Shown: positions 6,306-14,255 of the stretch, in pieces
Numbering within the stretch: position 1 is the stretch's first letter
Layout of the letters: the number at the start of each line of letters is the position of its first letter
From: Fibrobacteria bacterium
GTDB taxonomy: Bacteria; Fibrobacterota; Fibrobacteria; UBA11236
NCBI GenBank assembly: GCA_041746255.1
Contig: JBGTHM010000058.1
Span: 1 to 16,477, forward strand
Direction: 5' to 3'
Length of the DNA stretch: 16,477 nucleotides
Translations under genes and position numbers: made by a program
Notes under the pieces: model-generated
Told to the model about the DNA's origin: nothing
The model's database searches: none
What the model saw: the letters and a program-made list of their open reading frames with translations, nothing else

Positions 6306-9300
6306 CTAGCGAATAACTCCGAAGCGTTCCCATTTCCTTTGCTTCGTGCCCCCTTCGAACCAGACCTCCACCTGTGCCGAATAAATATCGGGTCCGAGGT
6401 GTTTGAGATCGAGTACCTGGGTAAAAGGTTGCAAACCCGGGGTCAAGCCTTGCCATTCCCGCTTGGCAACGACGTTCCCTGCCAAATCATACACTTTTAT
6501 GGCGGCCCTTTCCGCCGCCCGACTGATATTCAGCCGTACTGTGGCGGTGGCGCCTCTTACGGGACTCGGAAAGAGGTAGAATTCGTCGATGCGCGCTTCG
6601 CCGCCGCCGGCCGCCACTTTCGCCAAGCCGTTGCTGCTGAGATAGTTCCATCTTTGCGCATTCCCTCCCGGAAGCGTCCAATCCGCGCCCGCTTTTCGCC
6701 CGGCCCGCTTCAAAGTCCATACCTGAATGGTTCCGGTACCCGTTTGCGCCATCAACTCCAAATCGTCGGAGCCATCGAGCTCTTGCGCCTGGATGTGAAT
6801 ATAAGGAGTGCGATTGGTATCCGCGCTGGACCCGCCTATGCTGAGCGGCCAATCGCTGCGGTTGACGGAGAGCACACCTTGCCATCGGCTTTTATTGTTT
6901 TCGAAAGAAGAGGTGGTAACCGCCCGGCCCTTGGCATCCAGGGCCCAAAGCAGTCCATCGGGAGAGGCCGTCAAAACGGCCGGGCTTCCTTCCAGGGTGA
7001 GAACCAGCGGGCTGGATCCGATTACGGTTTCGGGAAATTGTTTATTGGCATAGAGAAATCCGACGCTTTGCCGCTTCTCCAAGGCAAACGGCCATTTGCC
7101 CGGAAGCGGGGCGCCATGGCGGTCGACTGCGAATATACCATTGGAACCCGAAAAGATAATGTCGACATAGCCGTCCTGATCCAAATCGGCCAAAGCCGGG
7201 GCGCTGCGATCCGCGCTTTCATAACTTTCTTTCTCGCCGGTAAAACGGATACTGCGCGGAAACCGCTGGGGAAATTGAGGCAGGGAATGGCCTTGCAAAT
7301 CCACGATTTGGGCCGACCCGCGCGACCCCAGTATGAGCAGTTCGCAATCGCCGTCGCGATTGAAATCCGCGGCCGAAACCGTAAAGAATTCGCTCTCCGA
7401 AATAGTGAGCCCCTTCCAGGCCAGGGGAAGGTTTCGCACTTGCTGGGTTACCGGATCCACCACCACCAGCCTTCCGCCTTGAGCGGAAACGGCCAATTGG
7501 AAACCGCTTTCGCCTTGACCGCTATTGGCGCCGCCGTCAGGGGCGAAGGCCGCCAAGCGATGGTATTGCCCAGCGGGAAGTTGCATGGAAGCCTTCAGCC
7601 CGCCGTCCGGCGTATAGCCCTGGAGGCGGCGGTCCGTATCCACTATCCAGGCCGCGCCGTCGAATACCACGGGACCTGTGGTTATGGCCACGGTTACGGT
7701 TTCCACTTGCGCGCTGCGGGGAGAAAGCGCCGCCAAGCTGTCCGCATCCAAGTGGAGGAAGTATAAAGCCGTGCGCGTGGCGGTGACGAGAATGCTGTCT
7801 TGCAGCACCGCCGAACCCACATGCTCCCCCAAAGCCTCTCCCAGCGAATGGATGGGCACGTGCAGGGTATCTCGGCTGTTACCCGTGGGTAATTTGGTGA
7901 AAACCGAATCGTAAGCCAACGAATTTTTCAAAGTATCAAGAGCCGTTACGGCGGGTTCGCCCTTGTCGGTAAAAATCTGAGCATGGCCTTTATCGCTGAT
8001 ACTGAGCAAGTACCGGCTGTTCCCCTGTTTGACCACGGCCAGCGCTTCGGGTCGGGTGGCCGGCGCGGTGGTGACCGGCCAGCGGCTACCGGTCTTATGC
8101 ACGATTTCGCGGTTGTCGGGCCAATGCACCCGCAGCCCGAGCATCCCTTCCCGGAAAGTGAAAATTGAATCGTAGGTGAAGGAGCTCAAGCCTTTGCCCA
8201 ATGTCGGGCTCGCGGGAAGCAAAGCCTCCAAAGTGATGTGGGTGCGGCCGTCGTTCCAGGCATTGGTATTGGCCTGGCCATAGGGGCCGATAAAGCGGAT
8301 GGTGTCCTGGATAGTATCCTTGCTGTTACGCGTCTTGGGCCGCTTCCAAATATGCGGGAGCATATCGGAACCCGAACCGTAATCGAAGACAGCCTGTCCC
8401 AAGGGATCTTTGAACTCTTTACCCAGACTCAGAATTCCGTCGGCCTCCACCAAGGCGACGCCCTTGTATTGGCTTCGTAAGGTGTCGCCGAGATAGGCGT
8501 TTACCGCGCCGTACTTGAGAAATTGTTCGATGAACCACTCGTTGACATGCCAAACCAGAAGACCTGAGCCGGGAAGACCCAGGTCATAACTGCTGGCTCC
8601 GGTTATCACGCCTTCGGGCTTATAGGGATTCTTTTTGCAATCCCTACCCTTGTCGTTGCATAGCGAGTCAAGGAAAACCGAATCGATTTTATCCATGGCC
8701 AAGGAAATGGAGTCCCGCTTTTGAAAAGCCAAATCGCCTTCGTTGGCCCGCGTACTATAATAAATCTTGAAGGTGTCTCCGACAGCCCGCTGGCGGTTCT
8801 CGACCAATAAATACTCGCGTTCATTCAAGGGTACCTTCAGGGTGGTAATTCCGGACGAGTCGTCAGCCAGCAGCGGGCTGCCCAGGCTGTACTCCGAATA
8901 CGGCCCTCCTGTCGGCCTGGCCGTTACGGGCTGGTCCCAGCCCATGAAGACGCGCACCCAGGCCGAAGGAAAGACCGGCAAAAAGCCGTTTAACGTATTG
9001 TAGCCGGCGAAATCCATGAGGTCGAAATAACCCAATTGGGAAATGCCTTTGACGACGTCGAACATATCGGGCATGCCCATTTGCCGGGCCAGCTGATTGA
9101 CCAGAATTCCGTTGATGCCCCAGTTGATGCCGTCCTGCGAGGCCGATTCCGAAAGCATCATGACTTCCGTCAAGGTATCGCCCGTGCTTAACTGCACGCC
9201 TAGAGAATCCTTGCGTTTATTCACATCGGGCTCTCCGTCAGGCCGCCCGGTTTTCGTGATGTCTTTCAAAAAGGAAAAGTCCGGCTGCGTAATGAAGAAG

Positions 9301-10100
9301 TCGAAGAAATCGCTGGGGGTATCGGCGTTGAAAGGACCCAGCGCACCCCCATCCACCAAACGCGAATGCCCCGCATGGAAGATCATAAAGCTTTGCGGCA
9401 AAGTATCCCTAGCGTTCTCTCGACGCTCCTCTTGTGCCTTTTTCGCCGCCAGAAAGGGATTTAACTTGGGATCGTTGGCTTGGGCATCTCCCAATTTCAC
9501 GCTTTCCCATACGAAAGACATAATCGCCTGCGCCTTGCGGTTCGCAAAATCGGCATACTTTTCCTTCTCATCCTTATCGGGCGGATTGTAGACTTTCATC
9601 CGCTGCGACAACTGATAGGGCTGGACCAAACCCGATCCGTCGGGCTCGGGAAAATAACGCGGCTTGATGACTACGCGCCCATTGGAGACTTGCTTGAAAT
9701 AATTATTGGCGAATTCGAAATGTTTATTGAGATAGGGAGTGCGTTTGCGGATGGATTCCCCGCCCGGATCGAGCGTGAATTTTTTATCGATGGGAGCGCT
9801 ACCGAAAGTGCCGCGACCGGTCGTCAGCGGATCATTCTCGACATCGCCTTCGTCCTTGAACTCCACGTAAAGGACAAAAACTTCCAGGGTATCGGTGCCG
9901 AGCGTTTCGGCGGAGCCTTTGAAAAGCGGTTGGCCCGAGGAGGAGAGTCGCGTGTCGGCCAGGCGAGACGTTCCCTGCATTCGCGCCGCTTCCGACTGGG
10001 TGAACAGCGCCGTGACCAGGCAAAGAATCAGGGCGAGGCCCAAACGCCGATGAATAAGGAAGCTTAGGCCACCGGCCCGATATTTTGCGGCAATTTTCAC
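6306..10100 (-). CDS. Secreted multidomain protein: M6 (immune inhibitor A)-like domain with degenerate zinc motif, FG-GAP-like repeats and T9SS/FlgD-like C-terminal domain
   Basis: Signal peptide ending SEA; M6-like elements VLYVEF, NYFKQVSNG, IFHAG, G..VNQLARQMGMPDMFD, LGYFDLMD, PSAWVR.FMGW, EYLLVENR, SGLLVWHVNE, GVALVEADG; FG-GAP-like ADFNRDGDCEL and ADLDQDGYVDI; C-terminus FPSP...IKVYDLAGNVV...LGPDIY...FGVIR. Confidence 0.8.
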   Translation of the reverse strand: MKIAAKYRAGGLSFLIHRRLGLALILCLVTALFTQSEAARMQGTSRLADTRLSSSGQPLFKGSAETLGTDTLEVFVLYVEFKDEGDVENDPLTTGRGTFGSAPIDKKFTLDPGGESIRKRTPYLNKHFEFANNYFKQVSNGRVVIKPRYFPEPDGSGLVQPYQLSQRMKVYNPPDKDEKEKYADFANRKAQAIMSFVWESVKLGDAQANDPKLNPFLAAKKAQEERRENARDTLPQSFMIFHAGHSRLVDGGALGPFNADTPSDFFDFFITQPDFSFLKDITKTGRPDGEPDVNKRKDSLGVQLSTGDTLTEVMMLSESASQDGINWGINGILVNQLARQMGMPDMFDVVKGISQLGYFDLMDFAGYNTLNGFLPVFPSAWVRVFMGWDQPVTARPTGGPYSEYSLGSPLLADDSSGITTLKVPLNEREYLLVENRQRAVGDTFKIYYSTRANEGDLAFQKRDSISLAMDKIDSVFLDSLCNDKGRDCKKNPYKPEGVITGASSYDLGLPGSGLLVWHVNEWFIEQFLKYGAVNAYLGDTLRSQYKGVALVEADGILSLGKEFKDPLGQAVFDYGSGSDMLPHIWKRPKTRNSKDTIQDTIRFIGPYGQANTNAWNDGRTHITLEALLPASPTLGKGLSSFTYDSIFTFREGMLGLRVHWPDNREIVHKTGSRWPVTTAPATRPEALAVVKQGNSRYLLSISDKGHAQIFTDKGEPAVTALDTLKNSLAYDSVFTKLPTGNSRDTLHVPIHSLGEALGEHVGSAVLQDSILVTATRTALYFLHLDADSLAALSPRSAQVETVTVAITTGPVVFDGAAWIVDTDRRLQGYTPDGGLKASMQLPAGQYHRLAAFAPDGGANSGQGESGFQLAVSAQGGRLVVVDPVTQQVRNLPLAWKGLTISESEFFTVSAADFNRDGDCELLILGSRGSAQIVDLQGHSLPQFPQRFPRSIRFTGEKESYESADRSAPALADLDQDGYVDIIFSGSNGIFAVDRHGAPLPGKWPFALEKRQSVGFLYANKQFPETVIGSSPLVLTLEGSPAVLTASPDGLLWALDAKGRAVTTSSFENNKSRWQGVLSVNRSDWPLSIGGSSADTNRTPYIHIQAQELDGSDDLELMAQTGTGTIQVWTLKRAGRKAGADWTLPGGNAQRWNYLSSNGLAKVAAGGGEARIDEFYLFPSPVRGATATVRLNISRAAERAAIKVYDLAGNVVAKREWQGLTPGLQPFTQVLDLKHLGPDIYSAQVEVWFEGGTKQRKWERFGVIR

Positions 10101-10139
10101 GGTTTATCCCAAGAAACGGTTTCCGAGGAATCTACAAAA

Positions 10140-10955
10140 TTACCCCTGAGGGTCCTGTGAATCTTCGCTTGTGGGAGGGGAATCCTCCGGGTTGCGCATC
10201 TCCACCTCGCGGAAACTATCGGGAATTCTTATGAAAAAGGGTGAGCGCCTCCAGGTCGGATTATCCCTTACGCTCTTCACCTCAATGGCCAAAACCGGCT
10301 TCCCTTCCCGCAGTAAACGCGCACGATTCGGCAGCGGGCGTCCTTTCATCAGGCCGTAATTCGAAAATTCCATGCGTAAATCACGCTCCTCCTGCACATA
10401 GGTCGATACCGTACCGGTTTTGGAATGGAAGAGAACCAGCCAATTTTCTCCTGCATACTCAACGCGTACCGCCGCAGAATCCGCCTCGGCGGAAACGAAT
10501 TCCACCGGAGCGCCCCACTCGCCGATAGGGAGAAAGTGCCCCCACAAAAACGAGAAAAACAAATGCACCGACAAGGGCTCCACTCCCAAATGCGGCAAGG
10601 CGATATGGTTTCCTTCCTGACGCAGGTAGACACCCTCTTCGTAAAGGGCCAGGGTCCAGCTCGAGTCTTCGAAATAAAAGCTGGCCATGAGCATTCCGAA
10701 AAGCCCGGAAAAATCCAGCTTGTATTTTGCATAGGGGAGCGCCGATAAAGCGGCCGAAACCGTGTTCCGGCCTTGGCCTTCGAAGAAGGTAAGGGCCAGT
10801 TCGGCGCTAAGGGAATCAGGACGGGGAGGCGGCTCAGGCCTTTTCCCCTCAAGCACCCTTTGTCCCTGGGGGAAGACGGTCGGCGGTGGCGAACACTGCC
10901 AAAAAAATAGCGTCGCCCACGCGAGCCCGAGCGAAGCAATGATCTTCAGGTTCAC
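10140..10955 (-). CDS. Putative outer-membrane lipoprotein, LolB/DUF4292-like (LolA/B fold)
   Basis: Short hydrophobic signal ending in Cys21; beta-rich pattern (KLDFSGLFGM, LRMEFSNY...PLPNRARL, C-terminal IRIPDSF); GTG start overlaps the TPR gene stop by 4 nt. Family call is from pattern and synteny only. Confidence 0.55.
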   Translation of the reverse strand: MNLKIIASLGLAWATLFFWQCSPPPTVFPQGQRVLEGKRPEPPPRPDSLSAELALTFFEGQGRNTVSAALSALPYAKYKLDFSGLFGMLMASFYFEDSSWTLALYEEGVYLRQEGNHIALPHLGVEPLSVHLFFSFLWGHFLPIGEWGAPVEFVSAEADSAAVRVEYAGENWLVLFHSKTGTVSTYVQEERDLRMEFSNYGLMKGRPLPNRARLLREGKPVLAIEVKSVRDNPTWRRSPFFIRIPDSFREVEMRNPEDSPPTSEDSQDPQG

Positions 10956-12739
10956 TCCAAACGCTGAGAGGCCGGCGTATGGCCGGGATCAAGGTGAAGT
11001 ATCCGGCGCCACTGGTCCATTGCTTCCCGTTTCTTGCCCAACTTTTCCAGAATCAAAGCATAATGTTCGAGAATGGTGGTGTCGTTGGGAAGGTGTTCCA
11101 ACGCTTTCTCGATATAGCGCCGCGCTTCGGGGTAATTTTTCTTTTGATAATACCACCATCCCTTGGAATCCAGAAAAGCGCCGTTTTCGGGCTCGGCCAC
11201 CAAAGCCCGGTCGATAAGCTTGATGGCGTAGTCCAATTCGCTAGCGTCTTCCACCAGCATATAACCCAGGTAATTCAGAATGATGGCGTCGCTGGAGTCG
11301 ATGGCGACCAGGTCCTTCATAACCCGAATCGATTCCGCCTTACGCCCCAGTCGCTCCAGCGCTACTCCCATTTCAAAAAGCACGCGACGGTTACCGGCAT
11401 CCAAGGCCAGGGCTTTTTCGAAATTCTCCACCCCCTGCCTTCGGAAGGCATCGATTTTTTCCCGGTCGGCCACCACGGTTTTTTCTCCCGCTTTGGCGGG
11501 CGCTTCCAACCGGCGCGCCAGCTGGGTTTGCACCACGCCTTGCATATACCACGAAAACCAGCTTTTATCGAGAATGCCGGTCATCTCTTCCAGCAATTTC
11601 AAGGCGTCTTTCTCCCTATCCTGCTTCATGTAAAAAAAGGCCAGACGCGCCCAATACTCCGGTGCTTTGTCATCCAAATCGATGGACTTCCGCAAGGCGT
11701 TTTCCGCGAGCACCGTATCGCCTATTTCCACTCCGATGGACCCGAGAAAATAATGGAGAACCGGATTATGGGGTTGATCATCCCTCAACTCTTCGAAAAC
11801 CCCTTTCGCCTTAGCATAATTTTCATTCTCGAAAAGCATTGTGGCATAGGGCAGCATCAATTCCTTCGCGCCTGGATGCCGCCGTAAGAGCTCTTCGTAA
11901 GCGGTTATGGCGGAATCGGTTTGACCGGCCTGCAAAAAACTGCGCGCTTTTTCCAATTCATAATGCACATTTTCCGGATTTTCCTGCGCCAGTTTCTGAT
12001 AAATCTCCACAGAGCGACTGAATATGCCCTGCTCTTCGAAAAAGGTCGCCAACCGTTCTCCGAAAAAAGGATTCTTCGTTCGATCCCAGGCTTTATGGTA
12101 AAGCCCGGGCACAGCGTCCAATCGACCGATGGCCTGATAATTTCCCACCTGTTTTTCCACCAGCCTCACGGGATAATCAAGATGCGGCAATAACTCATCC
12201 AAAATTTCGGCATGCCTTCCGACATCCTTCAACCCCTCGTAGAGCGTAGCCAGGGTGTAGAGTAAATCGCGGTCGCCTTCGTTTTTACTCAAGGCCAGCC
12301 GATAATATTCCAGCGCCTTATGCACCCGCCCAAACCGCAAATGGATTTCCGCCAACGATTGCAACTCAAACACGGTGGTGTCCCCGGCCAGCGTCAGACA
12401 TCGCTCTCCCAGGGCCAAAGCCGAATCGAGTTGATCGGCCGCTTTGAATCTTTCGGTCAGAATGAAGCACAAATCCCGGCTGTCACTATCGTATTCGAAA
12501 GCGATTTGGTATAACCCCAATGCCATGGCATCATTGCCGAGCATTTCCTGGCGGCGAGCCCTCAAAAAAAACTCATGAGCGACGAAAACACGTTGCTCGT
12601 CCGCCAGTACCGGTTTTTCCGACAGATTGAGCCCGGCTTTTTTTTCGGAGGCAGGCTTGGGTGCGGCACAACCCGACAAACCCATTAACACCAGTATGAT
12701 GGCTCCGGTCAGTACAAGGGAGAAATTCTTTCCACTCAT
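10952..12739 (-). CDS. Tetratricopeptide-repeat lipoprotein (LbcA/PA4667-like)
   Basis: Lipobox LSGC (Cys24), many TPR helices, characteristic C-terminal LNYLGYML...LIDRALVAEPENGAFLDSKGW; 595 aa. Confidence 0.88.
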   Translation of the reverse strand: MSGKNFSLVLTGAIILVLMGLSGCAAPKPASEKKAGLNLSEKPVLADEQRVFVAHEFFLRARRQEMLGNDAMALGLYQIAFEYDSDSRDLCFILTERFKAADQLDSALALGERCLTLAGDTTVFELQSLAEIHLRFGRVHKALEYYRLALSKNEGDRDLLYTLATLYEGLKDVGRHAEILDELLPHLDYPVRLVEKQVGNYQAIGRLDAVPGLYHKAWDRTKNPFFGERLATFFEEQGIFSRSVEIYQKLAQENPENVHYELEKARSFLQAGQTDSAITAYEELLRRHPGAKELMLPYATMLFENENYAKAKGVFEELRDDQPHNPVLHYFLGSIGVEIGDTVLAENALRKSIDLDDKAPEYWARLAFFYMKQDREKDALKLLEEMTGILDKSWFSWYMQGVVQTQLARRLEAPAKAGEKTVVADREKIDAFRRQGVENFEKALALDAGNRRVLFEMGVALERLGRKAESIRVMKDLVAIDSSDAIILNYLGYMLVEDASELDYAIKLIDRALVAEPENGAFLDSKGWWYYQKKNYPEARRYIEKALEHLPNDTTILEHYALILEKLGKKREAMDQWRRILHLDPGHTPASQRLE

Positions 12740-12751
12740 ACCGGAAAACCT

Positions 12752-13528
12752 TTATTGGGAAACGACCAGGTCTACCGTCCGAGTTTCCATGGCCTGGCCC
12801 GCTTTGGGGGAATGCGCCAAAACCGTTTCGGGCAATTTACGGCCTTCGCGGCGATATGAGATTTTCCCAACTTCCAACCCCGCTTCCCGCACCGAAGCCC
12901 GGGCTTGATCCAACGAGAGGCCCACCAGGTTGGGCATGGACTCAGCCGAGGAAGAACGACCGGAGCTTATGAAAATATCCACGCTGCGTCCTTGTTCTAA
13001 GGGGGTTCCCGTCGCCGGCTGGGAACCGATAACCGCCCCGCTGGGAATCGATCCATGCCCGATATGGCTGACCTGACCCAATTTCAAGCCCAACTGCTGC
13101 AAGGTGATCTCGGCTTGGCGCAGCGAGAGTCCCTTCATTTCCGGCAATTCCCGGCTGCGAGCCCCTTTGCTCACCTTCACCCAGACTCGCCGACCTTCTT
13201 TCACTACGGTGGTCGACTGGGGATATTGGCTCAATATCCTTCCGGCGCCAATTTCGGCACTGTAATCACCCGTGGAATCCAACATATACTGTAAACCGTT
13301 GTTTTTCAGTTTAAGGGCGGCTTCGTCCGGAAGCAAGCCGGATAGCTCGGGAACTGCCACCGTCTCAGTGAACTTACCCGCAATCAGGGGCATAACTAAT
13401 AAATCGAGCACGAAATAGCCCCCTAAGCCCAGGGCCATCCATAAATAAACCGCCATGAAAAAGGGACGGGTAAAAAAACCGGCGACTCGCGAAGCCTTCG
13501 ATGAATGGGATGGATTGGGGTTAGCCAT
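12752..13528 (-). CDS. Membrane-anchored protein with three PASTA domains and no kinase or PBP domain
   Basis: N-terminal TM helix, then VPELSGL..., LPEMKGLSLRQA... and MPNLVGLSLDQA..., each followed by G.I/V..Q/H.P and V...VS motifs. Confidence 0.9.
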   Translation of the reverse strand: MANPNPSHSSKASRVAGFFTRPFFMAVYLWMALGLGGYFVLDLLVMPLIAGKFTETVAVPELSGLLPDEAALKLKNNGLQYMLDSTGDYSAEIGAGRILSQYPQSTTVVKEGRRVWVKVSKGARSRELPEMKGLSLRQAEITLQQLGLKLGQVSHIGHGSIPSGAVIGSQPATGTPLEQGRSVDIFISSGRSSSAESMPNLVGLSLDQARASVREAGLEVGKISYRREGRKLPETVLAHSPKAGQAMETRTVDLVVSQ

Positions 13529-13541
13529 GGGATAAAGGCAT

Positions 13542-14234
13542 TCAGGTTTTTAGCTCATCTTCCTGCAAAATGAACAAGTCCCGACCGCTGAGAGCAATAT
13601 ACCCTTTTTTTTGTAGATTCCGCAGCACCCGCGACACGGTTTCCCGGGTGGTCCCTGCCATTTCCGCGATTTCCTGTTGTTTGGGCCGGTCGTGTATTAC
13701 CACCATGCGCTTACCGTCCTGCGATCGAGTGCGGATTCCCTTTTGCTCCATGAGTTGAAGTAAGCTGGCCGCGATGCGGCCATACACCCGCATTTGCGAT
13801 AGGGAGGACACTTGCCGGTTTGATTTTCGCAGGCGGCGCGACAGTTCGCCCAGGAGGGTGAGGGTTAATTCGGAATTTTCGGAAAGCGTGGCCAGAAAAT
13901 CTTCCCGGCTGATGGTAAAAAGGCGGGTTTTTTCCAAAGCCTGCACCGAGGCCGAACGGTTTTCCCCGTCCAGGAGGGACATTTCTCCGAAAAAATCCCC
14001 TTCCTCCAGCATGGCCAGGATGGCTTCGCGTCCTTCCACCGAAGTCAGAAAAACTTTGACCTGGCCTTCGGCCAGAATGAAGAACGATTGGTTGGCCTCA
14101 TCTTCTTCCAGAATGATAAGGTCACCCTTGGAATAGGATTTTTCCACCGCACGCTTCGCAATCGCTTGCAATTGGCGCTCATCCAGAGGCGAAAACAGGT
14201 CGACATTGCGAAGTAGCCCCGTTTTTTCGCTCAT
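13542..14234 (-). CDS. Crp/Fnr family transcriptional regulator, probably cAMP-binding CRP-type
   Basis: cNMP cassette GDFFGEMSLLDGENRSASV; HTH QQEIAEMAGTTRETVSRVL; Shine-Dalgarno AAGGAG at 14245..14240. Confidence 0.92.
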   Translation of the reverse strand: MSEKTGLLRNVDLFSPLDERQLQAIAKRAVEKSYSKGDLIILEEDEANQSFFILAEGQVKVFLTSVEGREAILAMLEEGDFFGEMSLLDGENRSASVQALEKTRLFTISREDFLATLSENSELTLTLLGELSRRLRKSNRQVSSLSQMRVYGRIAASLLQLMEQKGIRTRSQDGKRMVVIHDRPKQQEIAEMAGTTRETVSRVLRNLQKKGYIALSGRDLFILQEDELKT

Positions 14235-14255
14235 CTTGGCTCCTTTTTTTTGGGC

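Noticed and set aside
6208..6456. 82-aa minus-strand ORF bridging the pseudoprotease gene and adk
   Set aside because: It overlaps the last 151 nt of the large gene out of frame and has no motif support.
6339..7766. 475-aa plus-strand ORF
   Set aside because: Entirely antisense to the well-supported 1264-aa gene, with no recognisable motifs; a typical shadow ORF.
10127..10135. GGAATCTAC, matching part of the box at 1365-1380, upstream of the pseudoprotease gene
   Set aside because: Only a 9-nt match to the most degenerate copy, with no right half-site; compatible with chance.
10979..11887. 302-aa plus-strand ORF
   Set aside because: Antisense to the TPR lipoprotein gene; its composition (rich in F, H, Q) is typical of a reverse-frame shadow.
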